Source: a candidate division WOR-3 bacterium | GTDB lineage: Bacteria; Hydrothermota; 32-111 | Reading direction: 5' to 3' | NCBI GenBank assembly: GCA_037481815.1 | Contig: JBBFKX010000001.1 | Coordinates: forward strand, 672,001 to 736,000 | DNA: 64,000 nt | In this document: positions 31,022 through 41,786 of the stretch, piece by piece | Layout of the letters: every line of letters begins with the position of its first letter | Numbering within the stretch: position 1 is the first letter of the stretch | Notes under the pieces: model-generated | Databases searched by the model: none | What the model saw: only the letters and a program-made list of their open reading frames with translations | What the model was told of the DNA's origin: nothing | Made by a program: the position numbers and the translations under genes

Positions 31022-32232
31022 TTTTTGAACTCCTCGATCTTCACTTTTTTTACAACCATATTTTTAACCTCAAGAACTATTATTTTAATCTTATTATCCA
31101 CAATTACAACATCATTTTTTTCAGGGAATCTTTTTAAAGTATATACTATAAACCCAGACAGTGTTGCAAAATTTTTATTTTTTATATTTACATTGTACCT
31201 TTCACAAAAATCGTCTATGGAAATATCTCCATTTTCTATACCAAGAAGATTTTCTCGTTCCTCGGTTATGTCATGCTCATCTTCAATATCTCCAAAAATC
31301 ACCTCTATTATATCCTCTTTTGTAACGATACCTTCAAATCCACCATATTCATCGATTACTATTGCAAAATTTTCACCAACCGAATTCATCTCATTCAAAA
31401 CACTTCCAATCGAAACAGATTCGCTTACAAATAAAGGTTTTTTTAAAACTTTTTTTATCTCAAACTCTTTCGTTTTTAAAAGATCAAATATGTTTAGAAC
31501 CCCAATTATGTTGTCAATACTATCTTTGTAAACTGGTATTTTTGAGTATATTTTTTTTGAACTTCCTAAGATTTTTTTGAACTCTTCTTCTTTAACTTCA
31601 TCGGAAACCATTAAAACTTCTTTTCTTTTAACAGATATATCTTTTACCCTCATATCTTTTATTTTAAAAATCCCTTTAACGATATCCTCCTCTATACCAG
31701 TATTCTCATCAAAATCAAGATTTTTTAACAACAACTCCCTTATATTTTCACTTTCAAGAATTACTTTACTCAAACCTTTTTGTTCCTTTACTATTAAGAT
31801 TTGATTTACCTTCGAAATCAACTTGATCAAAGGGTAGAGTAAAAAATAGAGGTTTTTTACTGGATAAAAAAATATGATAGAATAAAACTCACTTTTCTCA
31901 GAAACTAAATATTTGGGCAGTACTTCTCCCAAAACCATTATCAAAAGCGAAATGTAAAGTGTAGAAACAAGAGGTGAAAAAATTAAATTTTTTTCAACAA
32001 AAAATTTTTCCATAAAGATAGTTACAAGGATATTACAAAAATTGTTTGATATCAGAATCGTATAAAGATAGTTTTGTGGTTTATTGAGAAAATTTAGGAG
32101 TTTCAAATAAGTTTTGTTCTTTTTTGATTTTATTTTTAAAAATATCTTATTCGATGAAACGAAAGACATTTCACTCGCTGAAAGTGAAAAGGAAAACATC
32201 AGGAAAATAAAAGCAAAAAAGAGATTATACAT
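31018..32232 (-). CDS. CNNM/CorB-TlyC family protein (DUF21 + CBS pair + CorC-HlyC)
   Basis: SASEMS, ILISNN, GEVLPK, SKIPVY, VIDEYGG..GIVT.EDI.E.IFGDIEDEHD, TLSG. Confidence 0.9.
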   Translation of the reverse strand: MYNLFFAFIFLMFSFSLSASEMSFVSSNKIFLKIKSKKNKTYLKLLNFLNKPQNYLYTILISNNFCNILVTIFMEKFFVEKNLIFSPLVSTLYISLLIMVLGEVLPKYLVSEKSEFYSIIFFYPVKNLYFLLYPLIKLISKVNQILIVKEQKGLSKVILESENIRELLLKNLDFDENTGIEEDIVKGIFKIKDMRVKDISVKRKEVLMVSDEVKEEEFKKILGSSKKIYSKIPVYKDSIDNIIGVLNIFDLLKTKEFEIKKVLKKPLFVSESVSIGSVLNEMNSVGENFAIVIDEYGGFEGIVTKEDIIEVIFGDIEDEHDITEERENLLGIENGDISIDDFCERYNVNIKNKNFATLSGFIVYTLKRFPEKNDVVIVDNKIKIIVLEVKNMVVKKVKIEEFKK

Positions 32233-33142
32233 TTGTTATCTTTAAACCTTTCAAAATTTTGTATACTATGTCGTCGAGTGTAACTATTGAGAGAAAGATA
32301 TCATCTTTAAATATAAAAACTATATGGATCTTTTTATCTATCATGATGTTCAAGATTTCATGTAATTTTTGATCATATTCAACACTTTCAAAACCTTTTA
32401 TGTATAGATCAATAACTTCTCTTTCATCTTTAAAAAGGAGATCTTTGATATATAAAACTCCAACAGGATTTTCCTTCTCGAAAACAGGTATCCTTGAAAA
32501 TTTTTTTTCTTTATATAATGAAAGTGCATCCCTTACAAGAGAACCTTTTTCCATTTTAACAATTTTTTCTTTCTGTGGAGCAAATTCGTAAATATTTTTA
32601 TCCTTCAACTCATAATAACTCTTTAAAAACATGTATTCGTTTTCTATATTTTCTTTATGTTCTTCAAGAAAATAATATATCGACTCAAAATCTGTTTCAA
32701 TTTTTTTTATCTTTATCTTCTTCTCTTTAACAAAAATCCCAAAAATGTATTGAAAAACTTTGAAAGCAGGAAAAAAGAACAAAAAACTTTTTAAAAACAT
32801 ACTTTTTCTGTATATGGACAAAGTTTTTGGCAAAATCTCACAGAAAAAAAGGATATAAAATAGCAGAAAAAGAATTTCAAACACTTTGTAATCTATTTTT
32901 ATTTCCAGTTTACTGATGATTTTGTTAAACAGTATAACTATACCAACATTGAAAAATGTATTCAATGAAATAAGAAAAAATAAAAGCGTATTTTTTTCTT
33001 CTGAAAGTTTTTCCAAAAAACTTATTTTTTTTGAAAATTTTTTCAGTTCAAAAGTTGATAAGGAAAAGAAAGATGTTTCTATCCCAGAAATTAAAAAAGA
33101 TGAAAGTGAGAAAAACAAAAAAAGTAATATATCAAACATCAA
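32225..33142 (-). CDS. Second CNNM-family protein (DUF21 + CBS pair, no CorC domain)
   Basis: SGIETSFFSL, CEILPK, FSRIPVF, IVTLDDI. Confidence 0.82.
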   Translation of the reverse strand: MMFDILLFLFFSLSSFLISGIETSFFSLSTFELKKFSKKISFLEKLSEEKNTLLFFLISLNTFFNVGIVILFNKIISKLEIKIDYKVFEILFLLFYILFFCEILPKTLSIYRKSMFLKSFLFFFPAFKVFQYIFGIFVKEKKIKIKKIETDFESIYYFLEEHKENIENEYMFLKSYYELKDKNIYEFAPQKEKIVKMEKGSLVRDALSLYKEKKFSRIPVFEKENPVGVLYIKDLLFKDEREVIDLYIKGFESVEYDQKLHEILNIMIDKKIHIVFIFKDDIFLSIVTLDDIVYKILKGLKITNV

Positions 33143-33561
33143 ACTATAAGTGAAAGATACTTTTCTTCAAGTTCAATAAACTTTTTGAAATCATTTTCCC
33201 TTTTGTGATCATAACCAACAAGATGTAAAACTCCATGCACCATTCTTCTTAAAATATCTTTTTCGGTATCAGGTTTAATCTGCTGAACACAGATATAAAC
33301 ATCTCCCAGCATATTGTATGAATACTTTGTAAATTTTCCTTCTACAAGGGAAAACGATATTACATCTGTTGGTTTATCGATCCTTCTATATTTTTTATTC
33401 ATCATCCTGATCTCATGTTCATCAACGAAAATGAAATTCACAACAAAACCGGTAAGGCCATTTAGAAGCAAAACATCCTCTATCCAGAGTTTTAATTCTT
33501 TAACACTTTTTTTAACTTTTCTTGGTTTCTTATAAATGTTGATTTTATTTTTTTGCAACAT
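33139..33561 (-). CDS. ybeY: rRNA maturation endoribonuclease YbeY
   Basis: N..YR..DKPTDVISF, LGDVYIC, HGVLHLVGYDH. Confidence 0.95.
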   Translation of the reverse strand: MLQKNKINIYKKPRKVKKSVKELKLWIEDVLLLNGLTGFVVNFIFVDEHEIRMMNKKYRRIDKPTDVISFSLVEGKFTKYSYNMLGDVYICVQQIKPDTEKDILRRMVHGVLHLVGYDHKRENDFKKFIELEEKYLSLIV

Positions 33562-35680
33562 AATCTATCCTTGGATGGTATATACCTTTAAAAAACTCGA
33601 ATGAAACCTCTTTTATCTTTTCGATATCTTTAAGTGTGATCTCAGATTCTATAAATTGATTCTCCTCGATCCTGTTATTTATAATCTTTTCGATGATTTC
33701 CTTTAAAATTTCATCATCGGTAATACTAATACTTCTTACAGCGGCTTCGATCGAATCGGAAAGCATCACTATCGTCTCCTCTTTACTTGAAGGTAAAGGC
33801 CCGGGATACCTGAACTGTTCTGGATTAAAGTTTTTCTTGGATTCTTTAGCTTTTTCGTAAAAGTATCCAACTGTTGTAGTGCCATGATGTGTTATAATAA
33901 ATCTGCGTATCGTTTCAGGGAGTTTATACTTTTGGGCGAGTTTTAAACCGTTCTGAACATGTTCGATTATTATTTCAGCAGAGATCTCATAGGGAAGATT
34001 CTCATGAGGATTTACACCTTTAAACTGGTTCTCTATAAAATATTCTGGTTTTTGCATCTTTCCAATATCGTGATAGTATGAACCTACACGAACAAGTAAC
34101 ACATCAGCATCTATCTCCTGTGCGATCTTTTCAGCAAGTCGACTAACTATTATGCTATGATTATACGTACCTGATGTTTTTTCTGAAAGTTCTTTTAAAA
34201 GTTCGTTGTTTAGATCCGATAGTTCAAAAAGTGTTACATTCGTTAACCTCTGCAAAAGGTTTTCGATATATTTTATTGAAAACATCATCAAAACAAAAGA
34301 TAAAACCGGATTAATAAAACTGTAGACCATCGATATAAAAATGTTTGACATCGATGATTCTCGATAGAGTTCTATGAAAAACGCAAGGGAAAGATTTATC
34401 ACTGAAATTTTAAAAACTATACCAAAAAAGTTCTTCTTCAAATTTTCATCTTTTATAAAGAATATCGAATATATCGATGAGATCAAAACAGCAAGTAGTC
34501 CATACAACCTCATTCCAGAATACAGAATCAGGGACGTTAGAATGAATAATAGTGTTATCAACGAAAAAGTTTTACTGTAAAGGAGTGAAAGAAGAATTGA
34601 AGTCAAAATAAGTGGAACTATATACTCAATGTTTGGGAATTCATAGAGAAAACCATAAACTCCAAGATTTATCAAATAAAGAGAAGAGACAAAAAGTTTA
34701 TCCCTCTTTTTTAAGTATAACTTTGAAAATTGTGTGTTTATGAAAACAAGATAGAGTATGAACGAAATTATAAGTATTAAATTTTTATATAAGGTGTTTA
34801 GAATTTTTTGCTTTAAATTTTCTTCACCTTTTAGAAATCTGTTGAGTGAATAAATTTTATCTTCAACCGTTTGATCTACAACCTGGTTGGCTTTCACAAT
34901 CACTTCGCCTTTTAAAACTATACCAACTTTTTCGGAAACTTCATTTTTTGCTTTTTCTCTTCTGAATGATGTTTCATCTCTATCAAAAAGAATGTTAGGT
35001 TTTAGAAGATATTGGAACATCTCCAGACCATATTTTAGAAGGTATGAATTACCTGAATATTTTTTTATTATCTCTTTTTTCAGATACTCGTTTGCCTGGG
35101 CAAGATCAAATATTTCATTCTCATATTTTAATGTTTCCCTGTTTGATCTTTTCAAAGAAATTTTTCTATCTTTACCAAACGGTATTACACTTTTATCACC
35201 TATAACTCCAATTTCAAGTACCTTTTTCAAAGAACTTTCAACGAAATTTAAAACATTCTTCGATTGATCAGAGATAAGTATATTTATAAGATCATCAGAA
35301 AGATTTTTTATACTATCTTTTAAAACTTTTCTTTTTATATCATTTTTCCATATATTCTTATTCAAGGAATCGACAAAATTTTTTAAAGAATTAAAGTTGT
35401 TTAAAATTTCAAGGTTTCTATTTTCATCGTAAACAAGAACCGGTGGAGTGTTATCGTACGCTCTCTCTTTCTCTTTTATTAATATATCCTTATTTTTTAT
35501 AATATCAAAAGTAAAGGGAGCAACTATATCCTTAGGTGAAATATCTCCCTTTTTCAACTGTGGAATCTTTGAAAAGGTTGATGGATAAAAAATATTGAAA
35601 AAGATAACGAGAATAAGGATAAGAATTATATCAAAATAGAATTTTTTCAAATTATTTTTTATTGTATGAAGAATATGCAT
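33545..35680 (-). CDS. 7TM-HD (PgpH/YqfF-like) phosphohydrolase, putative c-di-AMP phosphodiesterase
   Basis: Large extracytoplasmic domain, 7 [40 protein letters not shown]. Confidence 0.88.
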   Translation of the reverse strand: MHILHTIKNNLKKFYFDIILILILVIFFNIFYPSTFSKIPQLKKGDISPKDIVAPFTFDIIKNKDILIKEKERAYDNTPPVLVYDENRNLEILNNFNSLKNFVDSLNKNIWKNDIKRKVLKDSIKNLSDDLINILISDQSKNVLNFVESSLKKVLEIGVIGDKSVIPFGKDRKISLKRSNRETLKYENEIFDLAQANEYLKKEIIKKYSGNSYLLKYGLEMFQYLLKPNILFDRDETSFRREKAKNEVSEKVGIVLKGEVIVKANQVVDQTVEDKIYSLNRFLKGEENLKQKILNTLYKNLILIISFILYLVFINTQFSKLYLKKRDKLFVSSLYLINLGVYGFLYEFPNIEYIVPLILTSILLSLLYSKTFSLITLLFILTSLILYSGMRLYGLLAVLISSIYSIFFIKDENLKKNFFGIVFKISVINLSLAFFIELYRESSMSNIFISMVYSFINPVLSFVLMMFSIKYIENLLQRLTNVTLFELSDLNNELLKELSEKTSGTYNHSIIVSRLAEKIAQEIDADVLLVRVGSYYHDIGKMQKPEYFIENQFKGVNPHENLPYEISAEIIIEHVQNGLKLAQKYKLPETIRRFIITHHGTTTVGYFYEKAKESKKNFNPEQFRYPGPLPSSKEETIVMLSDSIEAAVRSISITDDEILKEIIEKIINNRIEENQFIESEITLKDIEKIKEVSFEFFKGIYHPRIDYVAKK

Positions 35681-36572
35681 CGATTATATCCTTTACAAGT
35701 GGATGTCTTACAACATCTTCAGATGTAAGATGAACGAATGAAATCTCCTTAATATCTTTAACTATATCCTGTAATTCGACAAGACCTGATGACGATCTTA
35801 TCGACAGATCTATCTGTGTTATATCACCTGTTATTATAGCTTTTGACCTTACTCCCAACCTTGTTAAAAACATTTTCATCTGCATCGATGTTGTATTCTG
35901 TGCTTCATCAAGAAGTAGATAAGAATTTGAAAGAGTCCTTCCCCTCATGTATGCAAGCGGAGCGATCTCAACTATCCCATCCCTAATCATCCTATCGATT
36001 CGATCCTTATCAGCAAGATCATATAAAGCATCGTAGAGAGGTCTTAGATATGGATCAATTTTTTCCTTCAAATCACCTGGCAAAAATCCAAGATTTTCTC
36101 CCGCTTCAACAGCAGGTCTTGTTAAAATTATTTTTGAAACATTTTTTTTCAAAAGTTCATTCAACGCTTTTGCTACTGCAAGAAAAGTTTTTCCAGTGCC
36201 CGCTGGTCCAATTGCAACAACTATATCGTATCTATTTAAAGATTCTATATACTTTTCCTGCCCTTTTGTCCTTGCTTTTATAATCTTTTTTGGTAAATAA
36301 TAAATATTTTGATCTTTTCCAAAAGAAAGATCGTTTATACTCTTTGAAATTGAACTTACAACATCTGTTCTTTCAAGATACCCTTTGTCATTTTCAATTT
36401 CAATAAGTTTTGAAACAATATTTTTCAACTTTAAAAAGTTATCTTCACTTCCCTCAAAAAAGTAATTCCCCTCTGTAAAGATTATATTACCCTTCAAATT
36501 TGAATCTATAAGATCTTTGTAATTAGGGTACCTGTTGAAAAATAATCTAATTTTTTCTTCTATTTGAAACAT
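35652..36572 (-). CDS. phoH: PhoH-family ATPase
   Basis: [47 protein letters not shown]. Confidence 0.95.
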   Translation of the reverse strand: MFQIEEKIRLFFNRYPNYKDLIDSNLKGNIIFTEGNYFFEGSEDNFLKLKNIVSKLIEIENDKGYLERTDVVSSISKSINDLSFGKDQNIYYLPKKIIKARTKGQEKYIESLNRYDIVVAIGPAGTGKTFLAVAKALNELLKKNVSKIILTRPAVEAGENLGFLPGDLKEKIDPYLRPLYDALYDLADKDRIDRMIRDGIVEIAPLAYMRGRTLSNSYLLLDEAQNTTSMQMKMFLTRLGVRSKAIITGDITQIDLSIRSSSGLVELQDIVKDIKEISFVHLTSEDVVRHPLVKDIIDAYSSYNKK

Positions 36573-36579
36573 AACATTT

Positions 36580-36605
36580 GATGGGCTGTTTTTAAACAGC
36601 CCATC
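36580..36605. terminator. Strong hairpin between LysM gene and phoH (terminator or mRNA stabiliser)
   Basis: gatgggctgttt-tt-aaacagcccatc; no long U-tract on the minus strand. Confidence 0.65.
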
Positions 36606-36617
36606 TGAAATTTAAAC

Positions 36618-37034
36618 TTATGGTCTTGGAATCGTTAACTTCCAGTTTGGATATATGAGATTTGGATCCTTTATCAATCTTTTGTTTGCTCTGTAGATTT
36701 CAGGCCATCTCTTCCATCCACCCTTTCCATAAACTTCTTTATATTCGGCAAGTTTAGAAAGCCAATCACCAGGTTTTACAATATAGAATCCTCTTGTTTC
36801 TTTGAGATTGTTCAGTTCTGCTATAAGATTCTCTTTTTCTTTTCTCAAGTTCTCAACCTCTGTCATCAGTGGAGAATGAGTATTTTTGCACTCTTCAATC
36901 TTTGCGTTTGCTGCATCAAGTCTTGCCTGTTCTTTTGCTATAGCATCAAGAACATCTTTTTCAGTCATCGTCTGAGCAAAGATAACCGTTGAGAGGATCA
37001 CCAATAAAACGACAATAAAAAGTTTACTTTTCAT
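36618..37034 (-). CDS. Exported coiled-coil + LysM peptidoglycan-binding protein
   Basis: Signal peptide ending IFA; heptad region; YIVKPGDWLSKLA..WPEIYRAN..IKDPNLIYP..LTIP. Confidence 0.9.
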   Translation of the reverse strand: MKSKLFIVVLLVILSTVIFAQTMTEKDVLDAIAKEQARLDAANAKIEECKNTHSPLMTEVENLRKEKENLIAELNNLKETRGFYIVKPGDWLSKLAEYKEVYGKGGWKRWPEIYRANKRLIKDPNLIYPNWKLTIPRP

Positions 37035-37046
37035 CTTTCACCTCTC

Positions 37047-37292
37047 TTATTTATAAATTTGTATTTCTTTCTTCAACTCTTCGATCTCTTTCAGAAGAGT
37101 TTCTTTTTCTTTTAGTAACTCTTCAACCTTTTTCTGACAATCAGCATACTGTGCTTCTGCCTGATCTGCTGCCATCTTCAATTCTTCAAGTTGAGAAAGT
37201 TGTGCCTGAGTGGCTTTCTTTGGACCACATCCAGTTATAAATAAAGAAAGGAGAAGAAGTGATAGTACCAATACAATTAAAATTTTCTTCAT
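37047..37292 (-). CDS. Small coiled-coil lipoprotein (Lpp-like size, C-terminal Lys)
   Basis: Lipobox ITG-C22, AGGAGG RBS, 60-aa mature heptad-repeat chain ending ..IYK. Confidence 0.85.
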   Translation of the reverse strand: MKKILIVLVLSLLLLSLFITGCGPKKATQAQLSQLEELKMAADQAEAQYADCQKKVEELLKEKETLLKEIEELKKEIQIYK

Positions 37293-37312
37293 TTAAAACC
37301 TCCTTTGATAAC

Positions 37313-37340
37313 ATTTTACCATTTTTTATCTATATGTCAA
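37313..37340 (-). promoter_or_regulatory. sigma70 promoter of the lipoprotein-LysM operon
   Basis: TTGACA-16-TAAAAT with extended TG. Confidence 0.7.
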
Positions 37341-37346
37341 TATACA

Positions 37347-38151
<805 letters not shown>

Positions 38152-38159
<8 letters not shown>

Positions 38160-38334
38160 TCAGAATAAAATTCATCCCTGTTGAATATGGTGAAACGGAA
38201 ACCGTTTTCACATTGCTACCATTACTGTATGTATAACAGCAACACTGGGAAATGTTGAATGTGAATGTGAATGATGCGAATACAAAAACTGAAACAAGAA
38301 TCAAAACTAAAACGATAAAAAGATTGAGTTTCAT
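38152..38334 (-). CDS. Small secreted peptide with CCC motif
   Basis: AAGGAGG RBS; 20-aa signal peptide ending VFA; stop overlaps the next start (ATGAGTAA). Confidence 0.65.
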
Positions 38335-38366
38335 TAAAACCTCCTTTTATTTATAAGTTTATAAAA

Positions 38367-38999
38367 TTATTTCAAAAAATCAATAGTTTTTATCCTGTAA
38401 TTTTTTATATTTTCCACAATTCCTTTCAATTTATCATAAGTTGTTATCTCGACTGGGAAAAAATTGTCATCGTATCTGTAAAAGGTTGACATGATTGTAT
38501 CTGTTCCTTTTATGAAAAATATTGAATCGTATAGAAAATTTTTATCAAAAAAAATTTTAACATTATCCACTTTACCATTTTTCAAAGAAAAATCAAAGCA
38601 GTTATTTTTCAATGTATACTTTGTGTTCTTAAGTTTTGTTATTGGGTTCAAGGTTGTTATTATTTCAAGATCTTCAAGAAGCGAATTATTTTTTTCATAT
38701 ATTTTTCTCCCATCCTTTTCCTCAAAAACACCTTTTCCGTTGTAACCTATGACAAACGACTTGTTTTTATCAACAAGAAAAAGTTTTGTTGAATCTTCTG
38801 TTAATATAACTTTACCATTTATGTTGCCAATGATTTCTCCGGAAAATAGTTTCAAATTTTTTATGAAAAAAAATTCATAATTATAAAAACTGTTTTTGTT
38901 TATTATTGAGTCAATATAAGAATCGTCTGCTGTTAGAAAAAGGGAGGACACAAGAAAAAAAAAGCCGGTTAAAACCGGCTTTATTTTATTCCTCAACAA
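38367..38999 (-). CDS. Exported beta-rich hypothetical protein
   Basis: 210-aa ORF, TTG start overlapping the ferredoxin end, signal-peptide-like N-terminus; exact start uncertain (38999 or 38996). Confidence 0.6.
   Translation of the reverse strand: MLRNKIKPVLTGFFFLVSSLFLTADDSYIDSIINKNSFYNYEFFFIKNLKLFSGEIIGNINGKVILTEDSTKLFLVDKNKSFVIGYNGKGVFEEKDGRKIYEKNNSLLEDLEIITTLNPITKLKNTKYTLKNNCFDFSLKNGKVDNVKIFFDKNFLYDSIFFIKGTDTIMSTFYRYDDNFFPVEITTYDKLKGIVENIKNYRIKTIDFLK
38955..38982 (-). terminator. Intrinsic terminator after ferredoxin
   Basis: Minus strand aaagccggtt-tt-aaccggc followed by a 9-T tract. Confidence 0.85.
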
Positions 39000-39168
39000 T
39001 AGCCTCTGTTGGACAATTATCTATTGCCTCATCAAGGTCGCAGGAGTCAAAATCAGCATCATCTTTAACCTGTGCTTTTGAATCATCGTTAAGTTCAAAA
39101 ACATCTGGACAGGTATTGATACAAACACCACAACCTATACATTTTTCCTGATCAACTTTCACTTTCAT
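38986..39168 (-). CDS. fdx: Monocluster [4Fe-4S]/[3Fe-4S] ferredoxin
   Basis: CIGCGVC...CP and C-terminal CPTEAI; AGGAG RBS. Confidence 0.93.
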   Translation of the reverse strand: MKVKVDQEKCIGCGVCINTCPDVFELNDDSKAQVKDDADFDSCDLDEAIDNCPTEAIVEE

Positions 39169-39196
39169 CCTAAACTCCTTTTTTAGTGTTTTTTTT

Positions 39197-39271
39197 AATA
39201 TAATAGAATAAAAAAATAAGTCAATACCATTTTCAAAAATCTCTTGACAAATTTTTTCTCGACAATATAAT
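39197..39271. promoter_or_regulatory. Divergent sigma70 promoters (ferredoxin on -, tRNA-fMet on +)
   Basis: Minus: TTGACT-16-TATATT (39224-39197). Plus: TTGACA-16-TATAAT (39244-39271). Confidence 0.72.
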
Positions 39272-39284
39272 TAACATTTAAAAT

Positions 39285-39359
<75 letters not shown>

Positions 39360-39360
39360 A

Positions 39361-40131
39361 TCATTTATATTCAAAAGTTTGAAATTTCACAGGCCTCAAT
39401 ATTCTGTTAAATCTTATAAATTTCCAGATTTTCCAGACAGGTTGTGTTTTATCTATAGAAAAATAGTAAAGGAATGGTGTTCCAACAATATACTTTCTAT
39501 GTAAGGGTCCCCAGAACCTTGAATCATCAGAATTATCACGGTTATCTCCTAACATAAAGTAATGATCTGGAGGCACAACAACAGGACCAAAATTGTCTCT
39601 TGGGAGAATTGAAAAATATCTGTTCATATAAAACTCACCTTTTTCCCATAACTTTTGATACTCTGTGGGAGAAAGATAACCTTTATAAAAATCGTTTATA
39701 TGTGGATAAACCATAGAATCTATATGTTGAACGAATGGTTCGTTGTAAGTTTTTCCATTGATATACAAAATTTTATTTCTTATCTCTATCGTATCCCCTG
39801 GAAGTCCAACACATCTTTTTACAAAAGGTCTTCCATCGTAAGGGAATTTGAAAACTACTATATCACCTCTCTTGGGATTTCTATACCTAATTATCTCCTC
39901 AGAAGTTATTGGAACATTCGTTGAATATTTCAATCTGTTAACAAAAAGGAAGTCGTTTATTTGAAGTGTGTTCAACATTGAACCTGAAAACACCATGTAC
40001 GACTGGATAAAAAACGATTTCAAAAGAAATGTTGCAACAACAGCAAAAAGTATCGCATCTATCCAATCAATGATTTTTTCCTCTTTTGTTTTGACTCTTT
40101 TCTCTTTCTTATCTCTTTTAAAAAAATTCAT
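39361..40131 (-). CDS. lepB: Signal peptidase I
   Basis: SGSMLNTL (Ser), RGDIVVF, FVKR (Lys), LGDNRDNSDDSRFWG. Confidence 0.95.
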   Translation of the reverse strand: MNFFKRDKKEKRVKTKEEKIIDWIDAILFAVVATFLLKSFFIQSYMVFSGSMLNTLQINDFLFVNRLKYSTNVPITSEEIIRYRNPKRGDIVVFKFPYDGRPFVKRCVGLPGDTIEIRNKILYINGKTYNEPFVQHIDSMVYPHINDFYKGYLSPTEYQKLWEKGEFYMNRYFSILPRDNFGPVVVPPDHYFMLGDNRDNSDDSRFWGPLHRKYIVGTPFLYYFSIDKTQPVWKIWKFIRFNRILRPVKFQTFEYK

Positions 40132-40167
40132 AGCAAAAGTATAACCGACAAAAAATATAAGTCAATA

Positions 40168-41508
40168 TCACTTGAGTTCTGAAACTATTTCTGAAAGTGT
40201 TGGATGTATAAAAACTGTTTCTTTTAAAATCTTGTAATCAAGATTATTTTGAACAAACGGTAAAAGTTGATGGATTATAACATCACTATCTTTTCCAACA
40301 ATGTCAACACCTAAAATTTTATCATCTTTTGAAAGATAAACTCTTAATTCACCTGTTCTTGATTCGTATGCAGCAGCTCTTCCATTTTCCGCATAACTCG
40401 ATTTTAGAACATTATACTCTATTCCCTCACACTTCAATTGATCTTCGCTTTTACCAGAATGTGAAATCGGCGGAACCGTAAAAACAGAGTATGGGATAAA
40501 ACAATAATCGATTCTTTCACTTTTGATACCACAAATATTTTTTGCTGCTATCAAACCATCATAATAACCTTTGTGAGCAAGCATTGGTCCTTCTGTCACA
40601 TCACCTGTTGCATATATGTTTTCAGCATCAGTTTTCTTGTATCTATCAGTTATTATAAAACCTTTTGTATCGGTTTTAATATCATAATTTTCAATCTCAA
40701 CACCAACAACTGGCTTTCTTCCGATAGCGACAATGAGTTTATCAAAATTTAAACTCTCTCCTGAAGAAAGAATTACCTTTTTATTTTCTTTATCAACTGA
40801 AACAACTTTACTTGACCCTAAAAATTTTATTCCAGTTTTCTGCAAAATTTTTTTTGAACTATCTTTAATAAAACTATTCTCCGTTGAGGGAAGCGGTGTA
40901 TCAAACATTTCAACAACTGAAACTTCACTTCCAAAAAAAGAAAAATATGTTGCAAACTCACAACCTATAACACCACCACCTATTATAACAAGTTTTTTGG
41001 GAATCTCTTTTAAAGAGAGAGCATCCCTTGAATTCAAAATAGTTTCACCATCAAAATCAACAAATGGTAAAGAAATATCTTTACTTCCTGTTGCTATTAT
41101 CAGATCATCAAACTCAAACTTTTCACCATTTTCAGTTTCAACAATATTGTTATCTTTCAGATGTGCTGTAGAAAAAACTATATCTATCCCAAGGTTTAAA
41201 AGTTTTTTATAAAGACCTGTTTGAAGAATTTTTACAATCCTCTCTTTTCTCTCAAATATTTTTGAAAAATCAAATGAAAATGAGGTCTTTATACCAAACT
41301 TTTCTGACACATTTAAACTTTCTATCATCTCTGCTGTTGAGATAAAAGTTTTTGTTGGAATACATCCATAGTTAAGACACACTCCACCAATTTTATCCTT
41401 TTCTATTATCAAAACACTTTTTGAACTATCAAACTCTTTTATTCTTTCAGCAGCATAATAACCACCAGAACCACCACCTACGATAATAACATTATATTTT
41501 TTCATCAT
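40168..41508 (-). CDS. lpdA: Dihydrolipoyl dehydrogenase
   Basis: GGGSGG, GGVCLNYGCIP redox disulfide, GGGVIGCE, MLAHKG, HPTLSE. Confidence 0.9.
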   Translation of the reverse strand: MMKKYNVIIVGGGSGGYYAAERIKEFDSSKSVLIIEKDKIGGVCLNYGCIPTKTFISTAEMIESLNVSEKFGIKTSFSFDFSKIFERKERIVKILQTGLYKKLLNLGIDIVFSTAHLKDNNIVETENGEKFEFDDLIIATGSKDISLPFVDFDGETILNSRDALSLKEIPKKLVIIGGGVIGCEFATYFSFFGSEVSVVEMFDTPLPSTENSFIKDSSKKILQKTGIKFLGSSKVVSVDKENKKVILSSGESLNFDKLIVAIGRKPVVGVEIENYDIKTDTKGFIITDRYKKTDAENIYATGDVTEGPMLAHKGYYDGLIAAKNICGIKSERIDYCFIPYSVFTVPPISHSGKSEDQLKCEGIEYNVLKSSYAENGRAAAYESRTGELRVYLSKDDKILGVDIVGKDSDVIIHQLLPFVQNNLDYKILKETVFIHPTLSEIVSELK

Positions 41509-41568
41509 CTTGCTCCTTCTTTGCTCTCTTAATGATAATAATTTTTCTTAAGTGTGTCAACACTAAAA

Positions 41569-41746
41569 GTGAAATTTTTGCACTTAAAGTAAAACTGTTT
41601 CCGCTTCTTTTTATTTATAAATTATAATTAATCAATAATTTATACCTATAACGAAGATAAATTGTGCAATTTTTTTCGCGACTATATTCCTTAATGTATA
41701 TTAACTATTGAAAATATAATGGTTTAATTGTGGTATATTTTTTGCT
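41569..41746 (+). promoter_or_regulatory. Putative sigma54 promoter region of the M6 protease: upstream palindrome, IHF site, -24/-12 element
   Basis: GTGAAATTTTTGCAC (41569-41583); AATCAATAATTTA = WATCAANNNNTTR (41630-41642); TGGTATATTTTTTGCT = GG-N10-GC (41731-41746). Confidence 0.65.
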
Positions 41747-41786
41747 TTTACATCTCTCAAATTTTGAGAAAATGATAGGAGGTTAA

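Noticed and set aside
24919..31102. Two perfect DnaA boxes (TTATCCACA at 24919 and 31094)
   Set aside because: Isolated and inside coding sequences; no cluster suggesting oriC
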